Shown here piece after piece: positions 14,635 through 24,162 of a DNA stretch of 36,932 nt. The notes under the pieces are model-generated. The model searched no databases. It saw nothing but the letters and a program-made list of their open reading frames with translations, and had not been told where the DNA came from. Both the position numbers and the translations under genes were made by a program. The stretch is from contig WUAK01000001.1 in the NCBI GenBank assembly GCA_009827205.1, forward strand, positions 1 to 36,932. The letters are read 5' to 3'. Source of the stretch: Phycisphaeraceae bacterium. GTDB taxonomy: Bacteria; Planctomycetota; Phycisphaerae; Phycisphaerales; UBA1924. Position 1 is the stretch's first letter, and every line of letters begins with the position of its first letter.

Positions 14635-15390
14635 ATGCCCGAACTCGCAACACTCACCCACGAACAAAGCCTCTCGACACTGACGCTCAATCGTCCCGAC
14701 GCGCACAACGCGCTGTCGAGAGACATGCTCCGCGATGCGCACGTGTGCATGGACGAACTCGAAGCGATGGATGACAAGCCGAGCGTGCTCGTCGTGACAG
14801 GAGCGGGCCGGAGCTTCTGCGCCGGGATGGATCTCAAGGAAGTCATCATCGAGGACGACCCGAGCATCCCGCTCCAGCTCCTCGAATCGCTCGCGAGACT
14901 GACCTACCGCATCCGTCAGTTCCCGGCGGTCACCGTCGCGCGCGTCAACGGCGCCGCGATCGGCGGCGGCTGCGGCATGACAACCGTCTGCGACATATCC
15001 ATCACGCACGCCGACGCCAAACTCGGGTTCCCCGAAGTCGACCTGGGCCTCTGCCCCGCTGTCGTCGCGCCGTGGCTTGTCCGCAAGATCGGACCGGGCA
15101 AGTCCAGACAGGTCCTGCTCACGGGAGGCCTGATCTCCGGCGCTCGCGCCCACGAGCTCGGCATCGTCACCGAGTGCGCCGACTCACGCGAATCGCTCGA
15201 TGAAACGGTCACGACAGTGACAAGCTCGCTCACCTCGGGCGGACCCGATGCGCTCCGAGCGACCAAAGCGCTGCTCAACACACTCGATGGTTCGAACGAC
15301 GAAGCCATCCTGCTAGAAGCAGCCCGGCTCTCGGCGCAGGTCCTTGCCACAGAAGATGCGCAGAACAGGCTCAAAGCGAGGCGAACCTAG
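14635..15390 (+). CDS. Enoyl-CoA hydratase/isomerase (crotonase) family protein, second paralog
   Basis: ATG at 14635 gives MPELATLTHEQSLSTLTLNRPDAHNAL. Motifs are VVTGAGRSFCAGMDLKE and NGAAIGGGCGMTTVCD. Confidence 0.85.
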   Translation: MPELATLTHEQSLSTLTLNRPDAHNALSRDMLRDAHVCMDELEAMDDKPSVLVVTGAGRSFCAGMDLKEVIIEDDPSIPLQLLESLARLTYRIRQFPAVTVARVNGAAIGGGCGMTTVCDISITHADAKLGFPEVDLGLCPAVVAPWLVRKIGPGKSRQVLLTGGLISGARAHELGIVTECADSRESLDETVTTVTSSLTSGGPDALRATKALLNTLDGSNDEAILLEAARLSAQVLATEDAQNRLKARRT

Positions 15391-15392
15391 CG

Positions 15393-16586
15393 TTGGCGTT
15401 GTCCCCTGCTGAACTCGAACGCGCCAAGCGCTTTCTCGACCTCGCCGCCCGTGTCGCGTGGCGCGCCGGCGGGCACGCCGAGCCCAACCCCCTCGTCGGG
15501 TGTGTCATCGCAAAGGACGACACCGTTCTTGGCATCGGGCACCACAAGCAATTCGGGAACCTCCACGCCGAACGCGAAGCTCTCGCCAACGCAAAGATGA
15601 GAGGCAACGACGTCGCGGGCGCAACCGCGTACGTCACGCTCGAGCCTTGCTGCCACCACGGCAAACAACCTCCCTGCACCGAGGCGCTCATCGAGGCGGG
15701 CATCAAGCGAGTCGTCTTCGCAAGGCACGACCCCGCGGAAGAGTCCTCAGGTGGTTGCGCGATCCTCGAGCGCGCAGGCATCGAGGCTGTCCACTGCGAC
15801 GCGAGTGAAACAGCCGTCCACCTGTCCGACCCGTTCTTCAAGCGCATCCGCACGGGCATGCCCTGGGTCATCGCCAAGTGGGCGCAGACCGTCGACGGCC
15901 GCGTCGCCACGCGCACGGGCCAGAGCCAGTGGATCAGCTCCGACCGATCGCGCAGGCGTGTGCACAGGCTCCGCGAGCGGATGGACGCCATCATCACGGG
16001 TCTCGGGACCGCCAGCTACGACGACCCGATGCTCACCGCACGCGTCGGCAGGAAGCCAAGGCGCGAACCCAGACGAGTCGTCATCGACACCGATCTCGAC
16101 CTGCCCTCAGACTCGAAGCTCGCGCTCACCGCTCGCGAGGTGCCCGTCACCGCGTGTTGCGCCAACGAGCTCAAGTCGGGCGAGTTCCTGCGCCCAAGAC
16201 GCGAGGCGCTCGAAGCGATGGGCGTCGAGATCATGGGCGTCCGGTCCGACAGCAGAAGACTCGATCTCGATGTCATGCTCCAACAGCTCGTCACCGAGTA
16301 CGACGTCACAAACGCGCTCATCGAGTGCGGCCCGGGCCTGCTCGGCTCGTTCTTCGAGCACGACCTGGTCGACGAAGCGGTCGTCTACATCGCGCCGCTG
16401 CTCCTGGGTGACGAGATGGCAAAGGCCGCCGCTTCGGGCAGAACCGTTCCGACGCTCTCAGGCGGGCGCAACTTCAAGCTCATGCACGTCAAACGCGTGG
16501 GCGATGATGTCGAGCTGATCTACAGAAGACCTGTTGAGCACGCGCCTGTGGTCACAAACAACAACATCTCAGACAAACCTGAGTGA
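15393..16586 (+). CDS. ribD: Bifunctional riboflavin biosynthesis protein RibD (pyrimidine deaminase / uracil reductase)
   Basis: Motifs are NPLVGCVI, HAEREAL and TLEPCCHHGKQPPCTEALIEAGIKRVVFA, with a reductase domain showing KWAQTVDGRVA. The start appears to be TTG at 15393, 2 nt after the preceding stop. Confidence 0.9.
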   Translation: MALSPAELERAKRFLDLAARVAWRAGGHAEPNPLVGCVIAKDDTVLGIGHHKQFGNLHAEREALANAKMRGNDVAGATAYVTLEPCCHHGKQPPCTEALIEAGIKRVVFARHDPAEESSGGCAILERAGIEAVHCDASETAVHLSDPFFKRIRTGMPWVIAKWAQTVDGRVATRTGQSQWISSDRSRRRVHRLRERMDAIITGLGTASYDDPMLTARVGRKPRREPRRVVIDTDLDLPSDSKLALTAREVPVTACCANELKSGEFLRPRREALEAMGVEIMGVRSDSRRLDLDVMLQQLVTEYDVTNALIECGPGLLGSFFEHDLVDEAVVYIAPLLLGDEMAKAAASGRTVPTLSGGRNFKLMHVKRVGDDVELIYRRPVEHAPVVTNNNISDKPE

Positions 16587-17771
16587 CTCTTGCACAACAC
16601 CCTTGACCTCACCCGACTCAGTCGCAATCGCGACCTCTGTCCCCGCTTCGTGCGAGTCCCATTTCAGGATCGCAAGGCAAGCCGAATCGCCGCCGAGCAA
16701 CGGGCTGAGCGTTGCGCTCGAGACCGCGCCGACCTCTTTCCCCTCGACGAGGACGGGTGAAGCGGTCACGGGCTCGGGCGCGTTCTCGTCTGTCGGTGCT
16801 GCGCACTTGATCGCGCGGATAATCTGCTTCGGGTGACCGAGCGAGTGCATCCGAGCGACGATCTCCTGCCCGAGGTAACAGCCCTTCGTAAACGACACGC
16901 GCTCCTCGATGACACCCGTCTCCCCCGGCAGGCTGTCGGGCCCGAAATCAAGGAAAAACAGCGGTATCCCCGCCTCGATCCTCGCGATATTGAATGCGTG
17001 CCAGCCGGCCAGTCTGAGCCTGATCGAAGCGCCTGGCGATGTGTCATCGCGAAAGCCCGCACCCTCTTCGCCGATCTCGTCCTGATCGCCGGGCATCCCG
17101 ATCTGGCACAGCTTCGTGAAGACAGCCTCCGCGTTCGCTGCCTCGATAAGCAATCCGAACTCCGGCACACCAAGACGCTCAAGGCGATCGATGACCACCC
17201 GTGCACCAGCGATCTTCACCTCGCACGATTCACGATCACCGAGATCCTGCGGCGCGCTTCCTGCAACAACCTCATCAACGACCAACGGCAACAGATCAAC
17301 CGATGTCGGTCCGATGAGCGACATCCGGTGCCAGTCGTTCGATACGTCTTTCAGATTCGCGTCCTCGGCGAACAGAAACGCATCGAGTGTGGTCATAAAC
17401 GTCTCACGCGAGTGCGTGTCGACATCGATGAACACCGAACCGCTCGCACCGATCACACGCACATCGGCGTCGATCCTGCCCTTGCGGTTGAGCCAGAAGC
17501 TCTCCCTGCTCACGAGCCCGCCGCCCTCGAGGGGCTTGAGTTCCTGTGTGAGCATGCGGTTGAGGAAGTCGACCCGGTCGGAGCCGCTGATCTCAACCGT
17601 GCCCCTGCTCGGCAGATCGATCAGCACACAGTTGGAGCGCAGCGCCGCGTATTCGAACTCCAGGACACCAAACCCCTGAACGAGCTCAACCCCAGCATCG
17701 GGAGGCCCGTACGGCGCGATGTCGGCTTGTCTTCGGAGAAGCTCGCTTCTGATCGGTGAGGGGATTGCCAT
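16569..17771 (-). CDS. ygfZ: YgfZ / GcvT-family folate-binding protein (Fe-S cluster repair-associated type)
   Basis: The KGCYLGQEIVARMHSLG motif matches the YgfZ KGCYxGQE signature. The N-terminal region is aminomethyltransferase-like. It overlaps the ribD 3' end by 18 nt (convergent). Confidence 0.8.
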   Translation of the reverse strand: MAIPSPIRSELLRRQADIAPYGPPDAGVELVQGFGVLEFEYAALRSNCVLIDLPSRGTVEISGSDRVDFLNRMLTQELKPLEGGGLVSRESFWLNRKGRIDADVRVIGASGSVFIDVDTHSRETFMTTLDAFLFAEDANLKDVSNDWHRMSLIGPTSVDLLPLVVDEVVAGSAPQDLGDRESCEVKIAGARVVIDRLERLGVPEFGLLIEAANAEAVFTKLCQIGMPGDQDEIGEEGAGFRDDTSPGASIRLRLAGWHAFNIARIEAGIPLFFLDFGPDSLPGETGVIEERVSFTKGCYLGQEIVARMHSLGHPKQIIRAIKCAAPTDENAPEPVTASPVLVEGKEVGAVSSATLSPLLGGDSACLAILKWDSHEAGTEVAIATESGEVKGVVQESLRFV

Positions 17772-17899
17772 AACCCAACCGTAGCCCCGACAAGCCCGGT
17801 CGTGATTTCACCGCGATCAGCCCGAGAGTGCAAACCCGGACAGCTTGAGCCATACACTCTTACCCGTCAGGCAACACATCAACTCTGTGGGAGTCTCCA

Positions 17900-18952
17900 A
17901 TGAACGTCGATCTGCTGGCCCGTCTCTGTGAAACCCCTGGCGTCCCCGGACGCGAAGAACGCGTCCGCGCCCTGATCGAAAGCGAGATCGGCGGCCTCTT
18001 CGACTCCGTCGAAACCGACGCGATGGGCTCACTCATCTGCACCAGAAACTCGCGCACCGGCAGCGACGACGCCGCAACAGTCATGATGCTCTGCCACATG
18101 GACGAGATCGGCTTCTACGTCTCTCACATCGACGAGAACGGCTTCCTCTGGATCAACAACGTCGGCGGATTCGACACACGAAACCTCTTCTCCAGGCGCG
18201 TCCTCGTCTGCACCGAGTCGGGTGACATCCCCGCGGTCATGAACCCGGGCGGCAAGCCAGTGCACATCGCCTCGCCCGAGGATCGCAAGAAAGTCCCTGA
18301 AATCGCGGAGTTCTTCGTCGATACAGGCATGCCCAAAGAAGAGGTCAAGAAGAAGGTTCAGATCGGTGACTACATCGTCATGGACGAGCCCTTCAAGCAG
18401 ATGGGCGAGAAGCTCGTCTCCAAGGCGCTCGACAACCGGGTCGCCTGCTGGCTTGGCATCGAGTCCATCCGCCAACTCGACAAGGCGGGCGCCAAGCACG
18501 ACGCAAACATCGTTGTCTCGTTTACGGTTCAGGAAGAGGTCGGCCTCCGCGGCGCCAAGACGTCATCCTTTGCGGTCCGACCCGACATCGGCATCGGTCT
18601 CGACGTCACGCTCGCGTGCGACACACCCGGTGTCCCAAAGCAAGAGACCTGCACCGTTCACGGCGAAGGCTTCGCGCTGCACATCAAGGACAGCAGCTTC
18701 ATCTCCGACTACGCCCTCACAAACGAGTTCCAGAAGATCGCAGAGGGCAAGAACATCAAGTTCCAGCGCTCGATCCTCTCGGGCGGCGGCCAGGACGGAG
18801 CCGCGGCTCAGCAGGCGGCAGCCGGTGCACGTGCGATCGGGATCACCGTCGGCACGAGGTACATCCACACCGTGACCGAGATGTGCGACAAGGGCGACCT
18901 CGAAGCAGCCCGGAACATCCTCGCCGAGTATCTCGCTCAGGCGAAGAAATAA
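17900..18952 (+). CDS. M42 family metallopeptidase (glutamyl aminopeptidase / FrvX-like)
   Basis: The N-terminal LLARLCETPGVPGREERV, the MLCHMDEIGF motif, the ALDNRVACW and FTVQEEVGLRGA motifs, and the roughly 350-aa length all fit. Confidence 0.85.
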   Translation: MNVDLLARLCETPGVPGREERVRALIESEIGGLFDSVETDAMGSLICTRNSRTGSDDAATVMMLCHMDEIGFYVSHIDENGFLWINNVGGFDTRNLFSRRVLVCTESGDIPAVMNPGGKPVHIASPEDRKKVPEIAEFFVDTGMPKEEVKKKVQIGDYIVMDEPFKQMGEKLVSKALDNRVACWLGIESIRQLDKAGAKHDANIVVSFTVQEEVGLRGAKTSSFAVRPDIGIGLDVTLACDTPGVPKQETCTVHGEGFALHIKDSSFISDYALTNEFQKIAEGKNIKFQRSILSGGGQDGAAAQQAAAGARAIGITVGTRYIHTVTEMCDKGDLEAARNILAEYLAQAKK

Positions 18953-19044
18953 ACCAGGTCTGATAATATCGGCAATTCCCCACAATAAGGACTATGGGGT
19001 ATTCATCTTATTCAATGCGGACGGATCCGCACGGGTTGTATACA

Positions 19045-19941
19045 ATGTCCCAGATGGATCCCTTCCGCCTCGAAACCGAGCGCCCCGGCTCATCGCCGGG
19101 TGTTGTCACCCTCTGGCTTGAGCAGGAGGGTCGTCCCGTGGTCGTGCTCGATCACGAGCTGATCCAGCGCCTCGAAACGACGCTCAAATCGCTCCCGGCG
19201 AACGCCGAGGGGCTCATCCTCGCCTCGGCTGCCCCGCGTGCGTTCGTCGCCGGCGCCGACCTTCAGGCGATCATGGCGCTCGACAACAACCAACTACACC
19301 GGTACCTCGACTACGCCAGCGGCGTGTTCGGCATGATCAGCGATCTGCCCTACCCCACCGCCGCCGCGATCCACGCCGCGACCCTTGGCGGTGGTCTTGA
19401 GCTTGCCATGCACTGCGATGCACTGATCGCAAGCCGCCCCGAGAGCAAGCCTTACCCGGTTGGGCTTCCAGAAGCCGGGCTCTCGATCTGCCCTGGCTGG
19501 GGAGGCACGAACCTGCTCCCGGCGCGCATGGATCCGGCAAACGCGATCCGGCTGACCGCCGAGGGCAAGCCCATGCTCTTCGATCAGGCCGAACAAGCAG
19601 GACTCTTTGATGCCGTCGCAGAGACACAGGGTGATCTCATCGAGGCGTGCACAAACTGGATCAGAAGCCAGCCGGGCCCTGTGAGCCGAGCGGGCACGCC
19701 GAGCCGGTGGATCGGTATGAAAGAGGTTGCCCCCGGAGTGCTCGAAGCACTCGACAGTGTGCGGGGTGAGATCACCTCCGCGCCGGGCCAGGCCGTGTGC
19801 GATGCAATCGACACCGGCCTCGCCAAGGGCTGGAACGCCGCTCTTGCGGTCGAGCAGGAGCACCTTGTCCGACTTCGGAACGAACCGGCGGGCAAAGAAG
19901 CAATCGAGGCTTTCTTCGCTAGGTCGGCGAAGAAGGCATAA
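19045..19941 (+). CDS. Enoyl-CoA hydratase/isomerase family protein, third and more divergent paralog
   Basis: ORF 18994..19941. The start is uncertain among 18994, 19015, 19045 and 19054. Motifs are AAPRAFVAGADL and HAATLGGGLELAMHCD. Confidence 0.7.
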   Translation: MSQMDPFRLETERPGSSPGVVTLWLEQEGRPVVVLDHELIQRLETTLKSLPANAEGLILASAAPRAFVAGADLQAIMALDNNQLHRYLDYASGVFGMISDLPYPTAAAIHAATLGGGLELAMHCDALIASRPESKPYPVGLPEAGLSICPGWGGTNLLPARMDPANAIRLTAEGKPMLFDQAEQAGLFDAVAETQGDLIEACTNWIRSQPGPVSRAGTPSRWIGMKEVAPGVLEALDSVRGEITSAPGQAVCDAIDTGLAKGWNAALAVEQEHLVRLRNEPAGKEAIEAFFARSAKKA

Positions 19942-20060
19942 AACAATCTATAGAGGGGCGGACCACGAACCAACGCCCTCGACGGGCACCCGTGAACGCC
20001 CTTCGAACCAGACCGGTGACCTCGGAGAGGGCACCGATGCAGCAGAGGAAGGATCATCAG

Positions 20061-21980
20061 ATGGCTGATCTCAAGGACATGAAGGGTCTCTCGGAGAAAG
20101 ACCGCAAAACCCTCGAAGAAGCCGAGGCACTGCTCGGGGCTGAACCCGACACGATGGGCTTCGTCAAGAACATGTTCTGGGGCCGGTTCCAGGAAGAGAT
20201 GATCTTCCCGTACCCCGAGACGCCTGCCGACGAGCAGGCACGCTGCGATCAACTCCTCGCTGAGCTCGAGGAGTACCTCAAGAACGAACACCCATCGATC
20301 GAGATCGATCAGCACGAAGAGATCCCCGAGTGGGTCGTCGAGCGCCTGTTCAAGATGGGTGCAATGGGCTGCACAGTCCCGACCGAGTACGGCGGGCTGG
20401 GCTTTGGCATCACGAGCTACAACCGCGTCCTCGAGATGATCGGCAAGTACTGCGGCTCAACCGCGGTCATGGTCAGCGCCCACCAGTCGATCGGCTGCAA
20501 GGCCATCATGCTCTTCGGTACCGATGAGCAGAAGAAGCGTTGGCTCCCAATCGTTGCACGCGAACAGCTGAGCGCCTTCTGCCTCAGCGAGCCAAACGTC
20601 GGCTGCGACGCGGGCGGGCAGGAAACCCACTGCGAGAAGAACGACGACGGCAGCTTCACGCTCAACGGCGAGAAGAAGTGGTCCACCTCGGGAGCTCTTG
20701 CCGGCATCTTCACCGTCATGTGCAAGCAGACGATGCCCGACGGCAAGGAGAAAGTGACTGCCCTCGTCTGCACGCCTGACATGGACGGCATCGATATCTT
20801 CGAGAAGAACCGATCCAAGTGCGGCATCCGCGGCACCTGGCAGGCACGCATCAAGCTTGAGAACGTCAAGGTCCCAGCAGAGAACCTGCTCCACAAAGAA
20901 GGCAAGGGGCTCAACGTCGCCCTCACGTGCCTCAACTACGGCCGATGCACGCTCAGCGCCGGCATGACAGGCGGCGCCAAGCGGGCGATGGACCAGGCCA
21001 TCAAGTGGGGCCACACCCGATACCAGTTCGGTGACCCGCTCGACGACAAGCAGCTCGTCCGCCAGCGCATCGCACACATGGCAGCACTCACCTACGCGAT
21101 GGACGCGGTCCTTTACATGACCACGGGCATGCTCGACCGCAACGACAAGGACATCATGGTCGAGACCGCGATCTGCAAGGTCTTCTGCTCAGAGATGGGC
21201 TGGCGCGTTGTCAACGACGCCATGCAGATCATGGGCGGCGAAGGCTACATGACTGAGAACGAGCTCGAGCGCATCTTCCGCGACTCACGCATCAACACCA
21301 TCGTCGAGGGCTCAAACGACCTGATGTGGTCGTTCATCTTCGGCTACGGCGGCAAGCAGCTCGGCGAGTGGATGCTCGGCATGCGTGACAACGCCAAGAG
21401 CAGCATCTTCAAGCCCGCGTTCCTCGCCAAGGCGATCCCGCTCGGTATGGAGGTCTTCCTCGGCATCCGACGCAAAGCGCCCGAGATCAAGAACGTCCAC
21501 CCGTCGCTCCGCCCATATGCGGACCGGCTCCGCAAGCTCATCAGCGAGTTCACCTACCAGTTCAAGCAGATGTCCAAGAAGCACGACGCGGCGATGCTGC
21601 AGAGACAGGTGCCCCAGTCCCGTCTGGCGCTGGCTGCCATCCAGCTGCACGCCTGGGCTTGCACGCTCAGCAAGCTCGACCGGGACATCCGCACCCACGG
21701 CAACAACGGGGGCGAGGAGTTCGCACGCGACAAGGCTGCTGCGCTGCACTTCTTCGATCTCGCAGAGCTCGATGTCGAGGCGTTCTTCCGCGAGGGCTAC
21801 CGCAACGCGGACGACACGATGGAAGCCGCCGCGGAAGCAGCAATGAAGCACAACCAGACGCTCCCCACGGATCTGTTCATCATCCCCGAGAGGACCCCCA
21901 CCGACATGCGTGGCAAGGGCCGCAAGTCACGCGACGAAGCGGTCAAGAAGTTCCCGGGCGACAAGCACGTACATTCGTAA
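20061..21980 (+). CDS. Long-form acyl-CoA dehydrogenase (about 640 aa, with a C-terminal extension)
   Basis: ORF 19992..21980 with a likely start at ATG 20061 (AGGAAGGA 8 nt upstream). Motifs are FCLSEPNVGCDAGG, GEKKWSTSG and QIMGGEGYMTENELERIFRDSRINTIVEGSN. Confidence 0.9.
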   Translation: MADLKDMKGLSEKDRKTLEEAEALLGAEPDTMGFVKNMFWGRFQEEMIFPYPETPADEQARCDQLLAELEEYLKNEHPSIEIDQHEEIPEWVVERLFKMGAMGCTVPTEYGGLGFGITSYNRVLEMIGKYCGSTAVMVSAHQSIGCKAIMLFGTDEQKKRWLPIVAREQLSAFCLSEPNVGCDAGGQETHCEKNDDGSFTLNGEKKWSTSGALAGIFTVMCKQTMPDGKEKVTALVCTPDMDGIDIFEKNRSKCGIRGTWQARIKLENVKVPAENLLHKEGKGLNVALTCLNYGRCTLSAGMTGGAKRAMDQAIKWGHTRYQFGDPLDDKQLVRQRIAHMAALTYAMDAVLYMTTGMLDRNDKDIMVETAICKVFCSEMGWRVVNDAMQIMGGEGYMTENELERIFRDSRINTIVEGSNDLMWSFIFGYGGKQLGEWMLGMRDNAKSSIFKPAFLAKAIPLGMEVFLGIRRKAPEIKNVHPSLRPYADRLRKLISEFTYQFKQMSKKHDAAMLQRQVPQSRLALAAIQLHAWACTLSKLDRDIRTHGNNGGEEFARDKAAALHFFDLAELDVEAFFREGYRNADDTMEAAAEAAMKHNQTLPTDLFIIPERTPTDMRGKGRKSRDEAVKKFPGDKHVHS

Positions 21981-22016
21981 ATCGGCTGACGACGAAACAC
22001 ACAAGGACGCAACGCC

Positions 22017-23141
22017 ATGCCGAAGACCACCGCATACACAGCGACCATCGAGTACATCTCGATCCTCGATGAGCAAGGCAAGTTCGACGACAAGCTCGGC
22101 AAAGGGCTGATCACCGACGAGCAAGCACTCGACCTGTACGAGCGCATGACCGTCTGCCGCCAGCTCGACGAGTTCGCGTTCAAGCTCCAGCGCTCAGGGC
22201 GCATGGGCACCTACCCGCAGAACAAGGGCCAGGAAGCGGCCGCCGTGGGTTCGGCGCTCGCGCTCACGCCCGGTCAGGACTGGGTCGTGCCCAGCTACCG
22301 CGAGAACGCGGCTCTGTTCATGATGGGCCTGCCTATGCACTACGTCCTCCAGTACTGGATGGGCGACGAGCGAGGCAGCCAGGTCCCAGAGAACGTCAAA
22401 ATGACGCCTCTGTCAGTTCCCATCGGCACGCACATGCTCCACGCTGCGGGCATCGGCTACGCCGAGAAGATCCGGGGCACCAAAAACGTCGTGGCGACCT
22501 ACTTCGGCGACGGCGCAACGAGCGAAGGCGACTTCCACGAGGCGATGAACTTCGCCAGCGTGCTCAAGTCACCTGTCATCTTCATCAACCAGAACAACTC
22601 GTGGGCCATCAGCGTCCCGCGTGAGAAGCAGATGGCTTCCGAGACCGTCGCGCAGAAAGCACTCGCTTACGGCATGCCGACCGTGCGTGTTGACGGCAAC
22701 GACATCTTCGCCGTCAAGTACGCGATGGACGACGCCGTCAAGCGTGCCCGCGCTGGCGACGGACCTTCGTTCATCGAAGCCGTCACGTACCGCCTCGGTG
22801 ACCACACGACCGCCGACGACGCGAGGCGCTACCGCGACCCGCAGGAGGTCGAGAACTGGATCGCCCGTGACCCCCTGATCCGCACTCGAAAGTACCTCGA
22901 ATCGCGCAAGCTCTGGGACCAGAACAAGGACGACACGCTCCAGGAGCGGGCCAAGACCATCGTCAAGGAAGTCGTCGCGACCGCCGAGGGTGTGTCGAAG
23001 CCCGAGGTCGAGAGCATCTTCAACGCGATGTTCGCCGAGCCCCACACCGAGCTCGTCAGACAGCGCGACACCATGCGGACCAGCAGCCTCGGCAAGGACC
23101 CGAGCCAGACCGGACTCAAGAACACGACCCAGAACGTCTGA
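22017..23141 (+). CDS. 2-oxoacid (branched-chain / pyruvate type) dehydrogenase E1 alpha subunit, TPP-dependent
   Basis: Motifs are YRENAAL, the YFGDGATSEGDFHEAMNFA TPP motif, and TYRLGDHTTADD. Confidence 0.9.
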   Translation: MPKTTAYTATIEYISILDEQGKFDDKLGKGLITDEQALDLYERMTVCRQLDEFAFKLQRSGRMGTYPQNKGQEAAAVGSALALTPGQDWVVPSYRENAALFMMGLPMHYVLQYWMGDERGSQVPENVKMTPLSVPIGTHMLHAAGIGYAEKIRGTKNVVATYFGDGATSEGDFHEAMNFASVLKSPVIFINQNNSWAISVPREKQMASETVAQKALAYGMPTVRVDGNDIFAVKYAMDDAVKRARAGDGPSFIEAVTYRLGDHTTADDARRYRDPQEVENWIARDPLIRTRKYLESRKLWDQNKDDTLQERAKTIVKEVVATAEGVSKPEVESIFNAMFAEPHTELVRQRDTMRTSSLGKDPSQTGLKNTTQNV

Positions 23142-23158
23142 CACAACGGAACCAAACC

Positions 23159-24132
23159 ATGGCAACACTGAACCTTGTTCAAGCGATCAACCTCGCACTC
23201 CAGCAGGAGATGCAGAAGGATGACCGTGTCATCGTGCTCGGCGAAGACGTCGGTCCCAACGGAGGCGTCTTCCGCGTCACCGAAGGACTCCACGCGCAGT
23301 TCGGCGACGACCGCGTGATCGACACGCCGCTCGCAGAGTCTGGCATCATCGGCACCGCCATCGGGATGGCGATGAACGACCTGAGGCCCGTCCCCGAGAT
23401 CCAGTTCGAGGGCTTCCTCGGGCCGGCGTACGACCAGATCGTCAACCACGCCGCTCGCTCACGCTCACGCTCACGCGGCGCGATCACCGTCCCCCTGACC
23501 ATCCGCGTCCCGGTGGGAGGTGGCATCCACGCGCCCGAGCTCCACTCTGATTCGCCCGAGGCGATCTACGCACACTCGCCCGGCATCAAGGTCGTCATGC
23601 CGACCACCCCCTACGACGCCAAGGGTCTGCTCATCAGCGCCATCCGCGACCCCGACCCGGTGATCTTCTTCGAGCCAAAGCGCGTCTACCGCAGCTTCCG
23701 CGAAGAGGTCCCCGAGGACGAGTACACCATCCCGATCGGCGAGGCCAAGATCGTCTCCGAGGGCGACGACCTGACCGTCGTCACCTGGGGCGCCAGCCTC
23801 TTCCAGTGCATCGAAGCACTCGACAACGCACCCGATGATGTCTCGATCGAGCTGATCGACCTCCGCACCATCGACCCGTTCGACATGGACACGATCGCAG
23901 CCAGTGTCGAGAAGACCGGGCGCTGCGTTGTCGTGCACGAAGCCGCGATGACGTGCGGCCTTGGCGCCGAGATCTCGAGCCGCGTGCAGGAGCGGTGCTT
24001 CCTGCACCTTAGGCCCCCGTGCAGCGCGTGACGGGCTTTGACACACTCATGCCGTACTACAAGCTCGAGAACGAGTACCTTGTCAACGCCAAGCGTGTTG
24101 GCCAGGCGATCGAGGAAGCACTGGCGTACTAA
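23159..24132 (+). pseudogene. 2-oxoacid dehydrogenase E1 beta subunit, interrupted by a 1-nt frameshift near 24011-24018 (true pseudogene or assembly indel)
   Basis: Frame 0 (23159..24031) ends ...ERCFLHLRPPCSA*. The -1 frame from 24013 reads APVQRVTGFDTLMPYYKLENEYLVNAKRVGQAIEEALAY*, the canonical E1beta C-terminus. The combined span is 974 nt, which is 975 minus 1. Confidence 0.8.
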
Positions 24133-24162
24133 GCCGACGGACTCACGAAGAAGGACTCTCAC

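Noticed and set aside
24002-24031. Programmed -1 ribosomal frameshift in E1 beta
   Set aside because: There is no X XXY YYZ slippery heptamer at CTT AGG CCC and no obvious downstream pseudoknot. The homopolymer context makes an indel, sequencing-derived or real, far more likely.
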